A stretch of DNA of 64,000 nucleotides. Source: Nymphaea colorata. Lineage: Eukaryota. The stretch is taken from the NCBI RefSeq assembly GCF_008831285.2, contig NC_045138.2, forward strand, positions 868,001 through 932,000. Reading direction: 5' to 3'. This document shows, in pieces, positions 39,807-52,762 of this stretch. The position numbers and the translations under genes are program-made. Position 1 is the stretch's first letter. Every line of letters starts with the position of its first letter. The notes beneath the pieces are model-generated. The model saw only the letters and a list, made by a program, of their open reading frames with translations. It did not search any database and was not told the origin of the DNA.

Positions 39807-42800
39807 TCGACGGTAGTTGTTTAATATATAATTGTGCGTTCATACAATTGGCGTCACTGTGTATTAATTGTTGTTGAAAAATTGAGCTTAAAAGGTGGTG
39901 GACTTCTTGAGTCTTTCCCTCAATGCCTTGGATCTAACGGAAATGTCAAGAGTTTGCTTGAGGAGTAAGTAAAATGAAGAAAAAAAAAGTATCCCAAAGA
40001 AATAAGCCTGAGCATCGGACCAGGCCTCTGGGGGTATCCGGTACCCGGCCTAACTCGGGCTGGAAAAAATGACATTGGGCTGGCCGGGGTGGGCCCGATA
40101 ATGATTTTTTAATAAAGAAGCGACCTCCCAACAAATCCGCAATAAGAACACAGTGCAATTGATTTCAAGGAGATCTGCTTGACTCTTTCATCTTCAATAT
40201 ACAAAATATGATAAACAAAAAGCACCCAAACAAAAGCCAGGAGAGTAAAGGGCTTTTTGGTAAACAGCTTTGTCCTAAAGACAAGACTGAAAAGTGATAG
40301 AGTTTTTGTTTTTTTTCTTTTTCTTTTTCGGTTTATGATTTTTTTAACTTACAAAGGGCATTTCGTAATTTTTCACCCATGTAAACTTTCTGTGTAAGGT
40401 CAGTTTTACACTTTGTGCGTGGGAGTGAAAATTACCAAAAATACTATTTGATTGTCAAGGACAAAAGGTGAAAAGTGAAAAATGTGAAATCCTGAAAATA
40501 TTCATCTACTTTTCAAAAATAACTAACATGACCCAGCTGCATGTTGAGGATCAGGGTGACGCAAGCAAAACGCGATCCGACGGGGCAGGCAATTCTCTGG
40601 CTATGGATTAATTTGCACCATTAATATCAGCAACGACCTCCGAGTCCGCTACCTGAACAACTTCCTCTGCCACTGCTTATCTCTTTGCCTCCATCGTCTC
40701 CGACGTCCCGTTAATATGATCACGATGTCCTCAGTGTAGACCAACCATAGTTACGCCATTAACGACGTTGCCTCTCGTACAGGAGGTGGAGATTAGGAGG
40801 TTTGGAGGGGTGGAGCTAAAGTAGGGTTAGCATGGGCCTTGGCCGCACCTAAAAAAAAATTACATGAAATTTTAGAAAATTTTATTTATTTTATATAAAA
40901 GTTTTAAAAAATGATTTTTTGACAAAGTCAAAATTTTAAAACTTTAATTTGAGCCCCTAACTCCAACCTTGGTGTCGGCTGTTTATTTAAAAATTTAAAA
41001 TTATATCGTGATGACTTAAAAATTACATGAATTGTGACATTAGACACAGTTACTGGAGTGCCAGTTAGGGAAACAATCTCGTCCCTGCAGCCGCGGCCTA
41101 CGAAGGACAAAACTAGTTCTTGCGGAAGGGAGCCTCTCTAGAAGCTTCAATGTTGTGAATGGCTGCTGGACTGTGAAAGCGAGGGAGTGACGAACAAGAC
41201 TAGGCAGGGGGCGGGCAAGGACCCTGGACCCTTAACAGATTTTTGACAAAAAAAAAAAAAAACAAAAACTTACATGCAAAATACAAAATATTTTAGTTTA
41301 AGGTATGTAAAAATTTATATTTTGGTCCATGTTAAAACTTTGAAACTATAATTAAGCGTTCATAATAAAAAATTTCTGACTTTGCCCCTACCCAAAAGCA
41401 AATTTTCCTTTAAAAAACCAATTTATTTACTGATATTGTCTGAGAATATTGCAGAATACCCGCATTCATGGCCAGAGGAAGCAGCCTAGGCCATGGCCCC
41501 ATCCCAACTAATTAAGAAAAAAAAATTACATTACAAAAATTGAAAATTTTTTGTTGGCTAATGTATTTTTAGATTCAGGTTTAGTTTGACCTTACCTGGA
41601 TAAGTTGATAGACCGTTTGATCCGCCCAAAAAAAAAAAAAAAATCCTGGTTCTACCCGTACCCGCATTCCTCTTACAACAACATTAATCTTCCAAGTTGT
41701 TGTGGCCTATACGTTCCAATCACATTATCTCAGTGCCTTTGTGTTTCAGTACTTACACCAATCAGAACAGAAACCATGAAATTGTTACTACGTGATTCTT
41801 TGAGCACAATACTGAGTTGAAGGGTGTGCAGGAGACCACCCAAATCTCAAAGCAATCCTAAACTTGGGGGCCGAGTTCCTTTTTTTTTTTTTTTTTTTAG
41901 GAGGGTGGGGGGGAGCAGAAGGAGGGTGATTCTCTCACAAACCACCATTCACTTGCTTGTGAGTGCATAAACTTCAAGTGTGATTAATAGATAATTAATG
42001 ATTTAAGGTGACTTTGAGAGTCATGTCTGTTTCCGTGAACATAATCTGACAAATTCACCACAAATTCATAAGTCCATAGACTTGCATTTGTACATGGACT
42101 TAGAGTTGAGGTTGTTCAAAGTCTTGGCCGCATTTGTTTGAGAGATGGTTCAACACTTGACCATTTCTATGTGCAAGCAATATAATACAATGTATGATTG
42201 CACGTTATGTGCAAGCAATATAATATAATGTGAATGGTGATATTTGTGCTTGCGTAAACAGTTAATGGTGATATTTGTGCACTGTGGAGATCACTCAGAA
42301 CTGTGCGTTAGAGAGAGAGAGAGATCGGATCATAAATAACCATGGTTAAAAAGCTCAACCAAGCTCACAAATTGAGGCTTTGCTAAACCAACCACATTTG
42401 TAACTTGTAAGAGAGAGAGAGATGCAGGAAACATTCACTCAATTAGGAGGGCATTGGTGGCGGAATTAATTTATTGGTTGTCATTACAAAGACAATAATC
42501 TAAGAAGAAATTACAAAACATGCCAATCATTTCATTACGAAGACAATAATTTATGAAGAAATTACAAAACAAGCTAATTAAAAGCCTAAAAAAGTAGGTG
42601 TTGAAAATTTGAGGGAAAAAGAGTGATGGTTTTATTTAATTTTCCCCAAACATTAGGTACTTATATAAAGCTTGTCGACTCGTTAGAAAATGCAGTTTAA
42701 AAATTGAGTGCATATCATTAAACTTTTAAAAGTTAAGAAATGATTTATCACAAGGCACTTTTTTTTTTTTGCAATTTTTTGGCAATCTAAAGCATTTTAA

Positions 42801-43182
42801 AAAGATGAAATTTGTTGAGAGCAGTCCATCCTTGTGGATGACCGGCGAGCAACGGTCTGATTTTAGACCTTTTCTATATTATGGTCTAATCATTGTGTCA
42901 ATGGTGACACGGATACTTTTTCTGAACGGCAAAGTATGGTGTGGATGGGAAGAATTAAAATATCTCAATAGATAATTGTTGATGAATCAACAAAAGACGA
43001 TGTTGGTGGTGCCGGACGCCGGCGTACGTCTTCTTCCACTCAAACATACAGGAAGCATTAACTTTATTGATCATGCATAGTATCATTTTATTTCAATGAG
43101 AACATGCTTAGATGTAGTACATGTCTCTGATAGTATGTGGGTGATGGCCAATGTTGGCAGGGAAGGACGGTGGTGGGGGAAC

Positions 43183-44249
43183 CTAGCAGTCGATGTTCTG
43201 GCCAGGGTCTACGCCGAATTGCCCGCAGAACTGTTGATAGAAGCTGACCCTGGACTGTACTGCTGCTGGATTTCCTCCGCCACACTCACCACTGTTAATG
43301 GCACTGATGGTGGAGCCAAAGCCGCCGTCTGTGGTGATCCCTTGGTGGCAGTTGCTGTCGGACATCCAGAACCACACCGCTGTTTGGAAAGATATGCTGG
43401 GATCCTGGGCCACAATCTCTGGGTTGTTCAATCCATCGAACCCAATGGCCTGCCCAGCTGCACCATAGTTGTAGTTCCTGTGTTTGCATACATATTCATA
43501 TCAATGTCCCAATGTAAGAGGGTGAAGGAAAATTGCTTGGAAAGTAAGACAGAAAATTAAGGAACACACGGCAGTCTACTCTTTAATGAAATAGTTTTGG
43601 AAAAATGCTCCAGTTTGAGAGAAAAAAAGACGGTAGGAGATCATTTTCCCCTCACATGGTAATTAATTAAGGTCATCAACATATGATAAATTAATGTGTG
43701 AGTGATTGGTAATACCATGATAGCTGCAAAGGTCCTCTGCCAAAGTAACTTTTGCCTGAAGCGCAAGGATACTGCTGGTTGCTTGGATCGCAGTAGATGC
43801 TGGGAGGGTTTTGTTCGTTTATGTAGCAGAAGCCTACAGTTTGTTCGTATTGTTAAAAAGAAACAAATAATTAGCCACTACAAGTCATGAGTACCAACAG
43901 CTATGCATAATTCAAATTGCAAAGAGAAGTACTAAACTAAAAACAGTGTCTATATGCGTGGAAGAAGTTGCTGCATACTTCCCGTTTCATGCATGACATT
44001 AGCAAGGAAAGCAGCTAACTCCCTCTTTTGAACGTCGCTGCCGCCGGTGGTGCCAAAGCCGTCGAAACTATTTGCGGCGGATATGAAGGAATCATAGTTA
44101 TAGAAGCCGTTTCCCTCACAACCACCTGCAGGTAGGAGGCTATTGAAGAAATCGGAAGTGACGATTGTGCTTGGAGTGTCCTGGGCCAAGACCACTTCCA
44201 GGAGAAGAGCCACAAGAACAAACCCAAGAAACTGTGTGTAGCTCTTCAT
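43183..44249 (-). CDS. G5: secreted GH19 class IV-like chitinase (227 aa), subtype A (A' variant)
   Basis: Exons 44249-43979, 43833-43716, 43477-43183; GT-AG; intact. Exon 2 = [32 protein letters not shown] at 44312-44305. Confidence 0.94.
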
Positions 44250-46224
44250 GATTCTGATTATGATCACTTCTCTTGTTCTGCCCGGCTTGGTGCATTCTAT
44301 CTGGTATTTATAAGCACCGTGAGCACAAACACCCGTGGGATGGATGTTTAACGTTTCAGGCAAACTTGAGCTTATTAAATGAATGAGGGAAGTCAGTAGC
44401 CGGTATAGCTTGGAAGATGAATGCTCCTTCCCCTTCAATTTCCGGTCGCTTCTACATTGACCTGATCCCGGCCATGCCCGGATCCCCGCCCTACCCAGGT
44501 GATACCGGCCTTCCTTAGATTGACCGGATCCCTACCAGGCAGGCGCTACCCAGGTGAGGGGGCACACCCATGTAAGCAAGATTGCGTGCAGCATTTTAAA
44601 AGTTTTTTCACAACCTTTTTTCTTCCTTTTAAAAAGTTTCGTTTAATTGAATTGAAGGTATTTAGGTCATTTGACATCTTATAATTAATGTTTTTAAATT
44701 ATAGTTTTTATCAACCATCACATCACGGCACATCGAGAGCAATCACACATAAATCGTTGTTAGACCTTTTTAATTTGAGAAATTTTTAAATAGGCTTATA
44801 AAATAAAACATTGCAGTCTCACTTTTGCTGATTAACAAGGAGACGTTGAATTTAATTGTCATGTGAGGGTGCATGACACAATTATTTAGTATCATTGTTT
44901 AAGTATATATATATTTTTTTCCTTTTGGTTGCCGAGCGAAGGAGAGTAATATCTGATTAAGAAATCGGTTCGAATTTGTTTTTAAAAAATGACATTCAAC
45001 AATTTCAAAAATACCCTCCCCTTTGGCGTATGCTTGTTGCCTGGACACAACAATTAGAATTTGTTGAGAGCCGTCCTTTACTCCGAGAAATGGTCCGATT
45101 CTTGGGCCATTTCTATGAGGAGATATACCATCTTAAGTAATTGACTTGGTCGGCGTTCATTGTTAAATATATAATTGCGCGTTCATACAATTGGCGTCTC
45201 TGTGTATTAATTGTTGATAAAAAAATTGAGGTTAGAAGTTTTGTTTCCAAAGGTGGTGGACTTTTTTTGGGTCTCCCCTCAATGCCTTTAGATCTAACCA
45301 AAAGCATCACCGAGAAGGAGCGTAGAGTAATTGGTCGGGCTACTGGGTCGGTCAAAATTCGGTTGTCGGTTTGATTCTCATGCAGTCTATTTTTTGAACT
45401 GAACATAGTAGATACACCACTAGATGATGGAACTTTGCCCTGGGAGGTCTTCAAGTAGCCCTATATCCAGGCGACGGAAGTTCGACCTCTCATCGAGTCA
45501 GCAATAAAAACACAAAGTGCAATTGATTTCAAGGAGATCTGCTTGACTCTTTCATCTTCAATATACAAATTTAGTTAAGTGAAATTAATTATCAGTTGAC
45601 TATCAAATTAACCTCATATAGAATCATTTGGGCAGTCAATGAATTGAAGACAATTAGATGATGAAAATTAGGATGAAAAGATAAAAGTCTGGTAGGTACG
45701 TGTTTGTCAAATTTCAATTAAAAAGTGGCCACGCTTGCAAAGTTTCGACATAAATCTCAAATGATGGTTTTCTATATTTGATGACTTGATCTTTGATGTT
45801 GCATTTAGGGAGAAAAGAGAGACCTAGTTGGCAAATATTAGACCACTTTGGTAATGGGCAAAAACTAGTGCTGTTAAAACTAATTGTCAAAATGTCCTTA
45901 TTTTTTTATTAATCTAACCTCACTGGCGTGATTTTGAGAGTGGTTTGATGAGAAACATGTATTTAGTCATTTTGTACTTTAAGATATCTTTTAATATTAA
46001 AAAAATGAACCAACGCTCCTGTAGAATCAAAATCGTGATAATAGACAAGTAAATTCTTTTTACAAGAATACCTTGAACCAAAACGTGATTTATGTTAAAT
46101 TGATGTTTACAAAAGCTATAGTATGTTTACATTTTTCTTAAAATAATTTTCAACACAAATTTGTGATCTGGTTTTTGTCTCCTACCTAAGTAGTCTGTAG
46201 TTACCTCATCCCTTTCTTTTTTTT

Positions 46225-46272
<48 letters not shown>

Positions 46273-47676
46273 ATGTTTACTTAGCATCAATAATTATCGG
46301 CTTTCTTGCTTTCACAAATTTTCTTGAAAGACTCGTGGCAACTATGGCAGTTTGATTTGAGAGCTCCCTGTTTTTATGAGAGTGAGTTGAGCCTATGCCC
46401 AAAAAAAAGTGGAAGTTGGGGTATTTTAGAAATTATCAAATTGTTGTTAGTGTTTTTTTAAGTTTTTTCAGTTTGCTTTTTAACAAATAAGTAAAGCCCC
46501 GACATTAGACACAGTGACAGGAGTGCCAGTCAGTTGAAAAATCTTGTCCCTGCAGCGGTGGCCTTGTCCAGGCAGGGCCCTTGGATGAGATTTTTGAAAA
46601 TTTTAAAAATTTACATGCAAAATACAAAATATTTATATAAAAATTTTAAAATATTTCAGCCCACCTTAAAATTTCGAAACTATAATTCAATCTTGTAACA
46701 AAAAGTTTCTAGCTCCGCTCCTACCCATGGGCGGGAAAAGGATGCTTGATTTATGATCAGTACAAAAGATTCAAATATACATTTATAACTGTCCATTTCT
46801 GCTCTGAAATCTTTTGAGAAAGAACGTACGTCTGTATCTGCTCTTGAAATTTTGATAAGATGAGACTGTTTAGCTTTCTCGTTCGACCTTTAGTTGGGAT
46901 CTGAATGCCAAATTTCTGGGTGGTCCGGTGGAGTCCAGAATTTGCTGTCTCGTGTTCTGTACGGGGAATTAGATGCAGCAGATTAAAGGGTTTTGCCGCT
47001 GCTCACAGGCTCTGAAGACAAATTGAACGGATGGATAGAGAAAATGCAAAGGCAATCAAGATAAATACCAAAGGATGATATTTGTACACTTGAAAGAACT
47101 TGCAGAGATCAGAGGGAGAGCTGGCATATCATAAATGTGTGGCAAACATGGTTGAAAAGCTCAACCGAGCATACAACAATGGCCTTCAATATTCATTTGG
47201 AGCACAAGGGGCATCATCTCTTTGCTGCATAAATGAAAGACATTGATATGCACGCACCGAAGTCAGGCCAGGTACCTTCTGCTGGGAAAAAGGTTGGGAG
47301 CTTCAACTCTAAGACAGGATAGAATACTTCTGCAAAGACCCTCAAATCACGTGTTCAAAAGAAAGAGACTCCGAATGAAAAGAGAATGTAGTTGATTTTA
47401 TTCAACTCAAATGACAATAACATTTTATTGATCTGAGTACCAGACAGACAACTTGATGTACAGCCTATAAGGTTCACACAGACGGTACCAGACATGCAAC
47501 TTGTTCTCTAGACAAAGAGCTTGATGTTCCGTAGGATACATATTCCAGCTATGCATAACGTGACACCTTACATTTTATTTATATGAGTACAAGCATAGAC
47601 GTAGTAGAGGTACATATGAAATGGTATGGTGGATCAGGAAGCAAGGTCGACAGGCAGGGCAGGCCGGTGGCAAATT

Positions 47677-48830
47677 CTAGCAGTCGATGTTCTGCCCTGG
47701 GTCTACGCCTAACTGCTGGCAGAACCGCTGGTAGAAGCTGACCCTGGACTGTACTTTTCCTGGATTTCCTCCGCCGCACTCACCACTGTTGATGGCTCTG
47801 ATGGTGGAGCCGAAGCCACCGCCTGAGGTGATCCCTTGGTGGCAGTTGCAGTTGGACATCCAGAACCACTGCTGTCTTGAAAGATATATGCCTGCATCCT
47901 TCCCCACGATCTCTGGGTTGTTCATGCCGTCGAAGCCAATGGCCTGCCCCGCTGCACCATAGTCGTAGTTCCTACCCGTAAAAGTTAGAGAGATATCTAG
48001 AGAGAGAGAGAGAGAATGAAAGATTTTCAATGTTGTTGTTTTGGTGGCATTTTATACAAAGAAATAAAAAGGTCATATGTTGCGATCCCACGGTACCATG
48101 AGAATTTTATTTCATTCAAACTTAACTCATGTTTTAATTAGATCCCAAGGAAAATGATAAATTAAAATAAGAAGCACAGCCGTCTTTTTGAGAAGGAAAC
48201 TAGGGTGGGGGGAGAACCAGTGAAAAGGCAAAAATGACGCCAAGAAATCATGTATTTGTCTTAACGCATGAGAAATTAATATGTAAATGATTGTTACCAT
48301 GATAGCTGCAACGGTCCTCTGCCAAAGTAACTTTTGCCTGGAGCACAAGGATATATCTGGTAGCTTTGATCGCAGTGTACAGAAGGATCTAACGTTTCGT
48401 TGATCTTGCAGAGGCCTACAGTTTTCATGTTGTCAAAGAAACATATTAAACACTTCACTTCATGAATACCAACTGCTTCTATAACTTAAAATGCAAACTG
48501 AAAAGGAATATTTTTTATAGTTGATTATTGCCACATAAGAGAGCTAATTGCTGACATATTTCCTGTTTCATGCATGGCATTAGCAAGGAAAGCAGCTAGC
48601 TCCCTCTTTTGAACGTCGGTGCCGCCGGTGGTGCCAAAGCCGTTGAAACTTTCTGCGGCAGATATGAAGGAATCATAGTTATAAAAGCCTTTTCCCTCAC
48701 AACCATCTTGAGGAAGGAGGGTATTGAAGAAATCAGAAGTGACGATTGTCCTTGGAGTGTCCTGGGCCAAGCCCACTTCCAGGACAAGAGCTACAAGAAC
48801 AAACCCAAGAAACTGTGTGTAGCTCTTCAT
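47677..48830 (-). pseudogene. G6: probable GH19 chitinase pseudogene, subtype B
   Basis: Exon-equivalent segments 48830-48560, 48415-48298, 47971-47677. The intron-1 donor is GT>AT (48559). A +2/-2 compensating frameshift in exon 3 turns ISFKTAV into IYLSRQQ, and NYNY becomes NYDY. Upstream homology is lost ~31 nt before the ATG, so the TATA box is absent. Confidence 0.82.
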
Positions 48831-49461
48831 GATTCTGATTATGATCACTTCTCTTGTAATGCCCTTTCAAAAATAAGAATTTTAGACTACCAATGGGGCG
48901 AAGAAGGATGCTTAATTTATTATCTTTGCACATACAAAAGAATCAAATATATACATATCGATAAGCGTCCATTTCTGGTCCTGAAATCTTTTGAGAAAAA
49001 ACGTCAATATTTGCTCTTGGAATTTTGAGAAGATAAGAATGCTCAGTTTTCTTGTTCGACCCCTGGTTGGGATCTGAATGGTTTGCTGGGTGCTCTGGTG
49101 AACTCCAGAATTTGCTGTCTCATGCTCTGTATGGGTAATTTAATTAATTAGATGCTGCCAATTAAAAGGTTTTGCAGCGCGTTGATTAAGACGAATTGAA
49201 CAGATTCATAGAGAAAATGCAAAGCCAATCAAGATAGTACCAAAAGACCATACTTTTACACTGAAAGAACTTTATATATATATATGTTGAATGATTACTC
49301 TAATTTTTTAAAGACACCAATATGCACTATCCAATTCTATATGATGGACAGTTATCAGAAAAATAAAGAAAAAATGTGATACACATTTTCATCATTTGAT
49401 ATTCATTTACATTTTTTTGTCATTGTTGTTCTTTCAACCATCTATTTACTTTAGGTCCATG

Positions 49462-49534
<73 letters not shown>

Positions 49535-50084
49535 AGAGAGAGAATGTGTGTTTATTCTAGAGGGGATTATTGTAAAGGACAGGGTGGGGTTGGTAAATAG
49601 TCAGTTTCTACGCAAAACTGTCCCGAGATTTCAAAGGTAGGCATTATACTTTATGCTGACGACAGAAATGGTGAATACTTCTCATGTTCCATCAAAAGGT
49701 TGGTTACATGCAAAGGCTTTCAGATTAACCACATATAGGGCCAGAGGCAAGTGTGGATAATTGCCTTCACATGCCAAAAAAAAAAAAAATTATTTTCATA
49801 TTGATACTTTAGAACAGTTTTTTCAGTTTACCTACTGGGTGCCTCTTAAATTAAAATTTAAAACTTTTAGTTTAGCCAGAACTTTCTGGTTTCACCCGTG
49901 ATTACATATGATCAAAAGAGAGAGATAGGGAAGGGGAGAGAGCATGCAGGAAACTTCATTTTACTGATCTCAATGACAATAACATCTTATTTATCTGAGT
50001 ACAAGCATAGTAGTAGAGGTCTCTATTCAATAGTATGATGGATCAGGGGCAACGTTGACATGCAGGGAAGGGCGGTGGCAAATT

Positions 50085-51510
50085 CTAGCAGTAGAGGTTC
50101 TGGCCTGGGTCTACCCCGAACTGCTGGCAGAACCTCTGGTAGAAGTTGATCCTCGACTGTACTGTTGCTGGATTTCCTCCGCCGCACTCACCACTGTTAA
50201 TGGCTCTGATGGTGGAGCCAAAGCCACTACCTGTTGTGATCCCTTGGTGGCAGTTGCTGTTGGACATCCAGAACCACACTGCTGTCTTGAAAGATATGCT
50301 TGCATCCTGGGCCACGATCTCTGGGTTGTTCAAGCCGTCGAAGCCAATGGCCTGGCCAGCTGCGCCATAGTTGTAGTTCCTACGTGTGTATGCATATCCA
50401 TATCCCAAAGTAAGAATGATGGGCAAATATGCAGCTTGAATAACATTTGTCTTTAGTTCATTTCATGGGTGCTACTCACAAATGGGCAGAGAAGGGGGCT
50501 CACACGGGCTTTGCCCTCCCGACAAAAAATGCTTTTTAAAAAATTTACGTGTACATTTTAAAAAATTTCAGTTGTCCCATGTAAAAATTTTGAAAAACGA
50601 TATTTTTAGCTTCTCGCAAAATTTAAAACTTTAATTTGACCCCTTTCAAGAAAAATTTCTAGCTCTACTCATGCACATTACTCAAGAACTGAACAGTATG
50701 TCATAGTCCACTCAGATCCCAAACCAACTGTGTAAGGAGGGAGAGCTAGGCCCTCCTTCCAACAGCTCCTACTCACCCCAAAAAAGTGTATAGAGAGAGA
50801 GTTGCCGACAAATGGAAAATAGAGATTGATTCTCTTAACTGGATCTAATGGAAAATGTTAATAGTAGGATGGAAAAATAAGAATCACAGAATTTTTTTAA
50901 ACAAAGAAAAAAAAAAAACCAATGGTGAAACATGGTGTTTTCTCTTTAAATGCTAGAGTAGTCTATATGTAAATGACAGTTACCATGATAGCTGCAGTGG
51001 TCCTCTGCCAAAGTAACTTTTCCCTGCAGCACAAGGATATTGCTGGTTGCTTTGATCACAGTAGTTGCTGCCAGGGTTTTGTTCATTTATGTAGCACAAG
51101 CCTACAGTTTGTACATATTGTTAAAACAAACATAGTATTGCATAATTCAAAATGCAAAGGGAAGTACTATATTAGAAACAGCATCTGTATGCATGGAAGT
51201 AGTTATTGCCACAAAACAGAAATCTAATGGACGACATACTTCCTGTTTCATGCATGACATTAGCAAGGAAAGCAGCTAACTCCCTCTTTTGAACGTCGGT
51301 GCCGCCGGTGGTGCCAAAGCCATTGAAACTTTCTGCTGCGGATATGAATGAATCATAGTTATAGAAGCCTTTTCCCTCACAACCATCTTGAGGAAGGAGG
51401 GTATTGAAGAAATCAGAAGTGACGATTGTCCTTGGAGTGTCCTGGGCCAAGCCCACTTCCAGGACAAGAGCTACAAGAACAAACCCAAGAAACTGTGTGT
51501 AGCTCTTCAT
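50085..51510 (-). CDS. G7: GH19 class IV-like chitinase (227 aa), subtype A; intact ORF but native proximal promoter missing
   Basis: Exons 51510-51240, 51101-50984, 50379-50085; GT-AG; intact. The body is near-identical to G8, while the upstream sequence is identical to that of G6. Confidence 0.88.
50481..50673. mobile_element. ~190-bp MITE in G7 intron 2
   Basis: Imperfect TIR AATGGGCAGAG...CTCTACTCATG with an AT-rich core. Absent at the same position in G3 (tactcacga|tactcaag). Related copies lie near 24745-24935, 40805-40970, 41205-41390, 46560-46723, 54560-54703 and 60271-60420. Confidence 0.65.
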
Positions 51511-52141
51511 GATTCTGATTATGATCACTTCTCTTGTAATGCCCTTTCAAAAATAAGAATTTTAGACTACCAATGGGGCGAAGAAGGATGCTTAATTTAT
51601 TATCTTTGCACATACAAAAGAATCAAATATATACATATCGATAAGCGTCCATTTCTGGTCCTGAAATCTTTTGAGAAAAAACGTCAATATTTGCTCTTGG
51701 AATTTTGAGAAGATAAGAATGCTCAGTTTTCTTGTTCGACCCCTGGTTGGGATCTGAATGGTTTGCTGGGTGCTCTGGTGAACTCCAGAATTTGCTGTCT
51801 CATGCTCTGTATGGGTAATTTAATTAATTAGATGCTGCCAATTAAAAGGTTTTGCAGCGCGTTGATTAAGACGAATTGAACAGATTCATAGAGAAAATGC
51901 AAAGCCAATCAAGATAGTACCAAAAGACCATACTTTTACACTGAAAGAACTTTATATATATATATGTTGAATGATTACTCTAATTTTTTAAAGACACCAA
52001 TATGCACTATCCAATTCTATATGATGGACAGTTATCAGAAAAATAAAGAAAAAATGTGATACACATTTTCATCATTTGATATTCATTTACATTTTTTTGT
52101 CATTGTTGTTCTTTCAACCATCTATTTACTTTAGGTCCATG

Positions 52142-52212
<71 letters not shown>

Positions 52213-52762
52213 AGAGAGAGAATGTGTGTTTATTCTAGAGGGGATTATTGTAAAGGACAGGGTGGGGTTGGTAAATAGTCAGTTTCTACGCAAAACTGTC
52301 CCGAGATTTCAAAGGTAGGCATTATACTTTATGCTGACGACAGAAATGGTGAATACTTCTCATGTTCCATCAAAAGGTTGGTTACATGCAAAGGCTTTCA
52401 GATTAACCACATATAGGGCCAGAGGCAAGTGTGGATAATTGCCTTCACATGCCAAAAAAAAAAAAAATTATTTTCATATTGATACTTTAGAACAGTTTTT
52501 TCAGTTTACCTACTGGGTGCCTCTTAAATTAAAATTTAAAACTTTTAGTTTAGCCAGAACTTTCTGGTTTCACCCGTGATTACATATGATCAAAAGAGAG
52601 AGATAGGGAAGGGGAGAGAGCATGCAGGAAACTTCATTTTACTGATCTCAATGACAATAACATCTTATTTATCTGAGTACAAGCATAGTAGTAGAGGTCT
52701 CTATTCAATAGTATGATGGATCAGGGGCAACGTTGACATGCAGGGAAGGGCGGTGGCAAATT

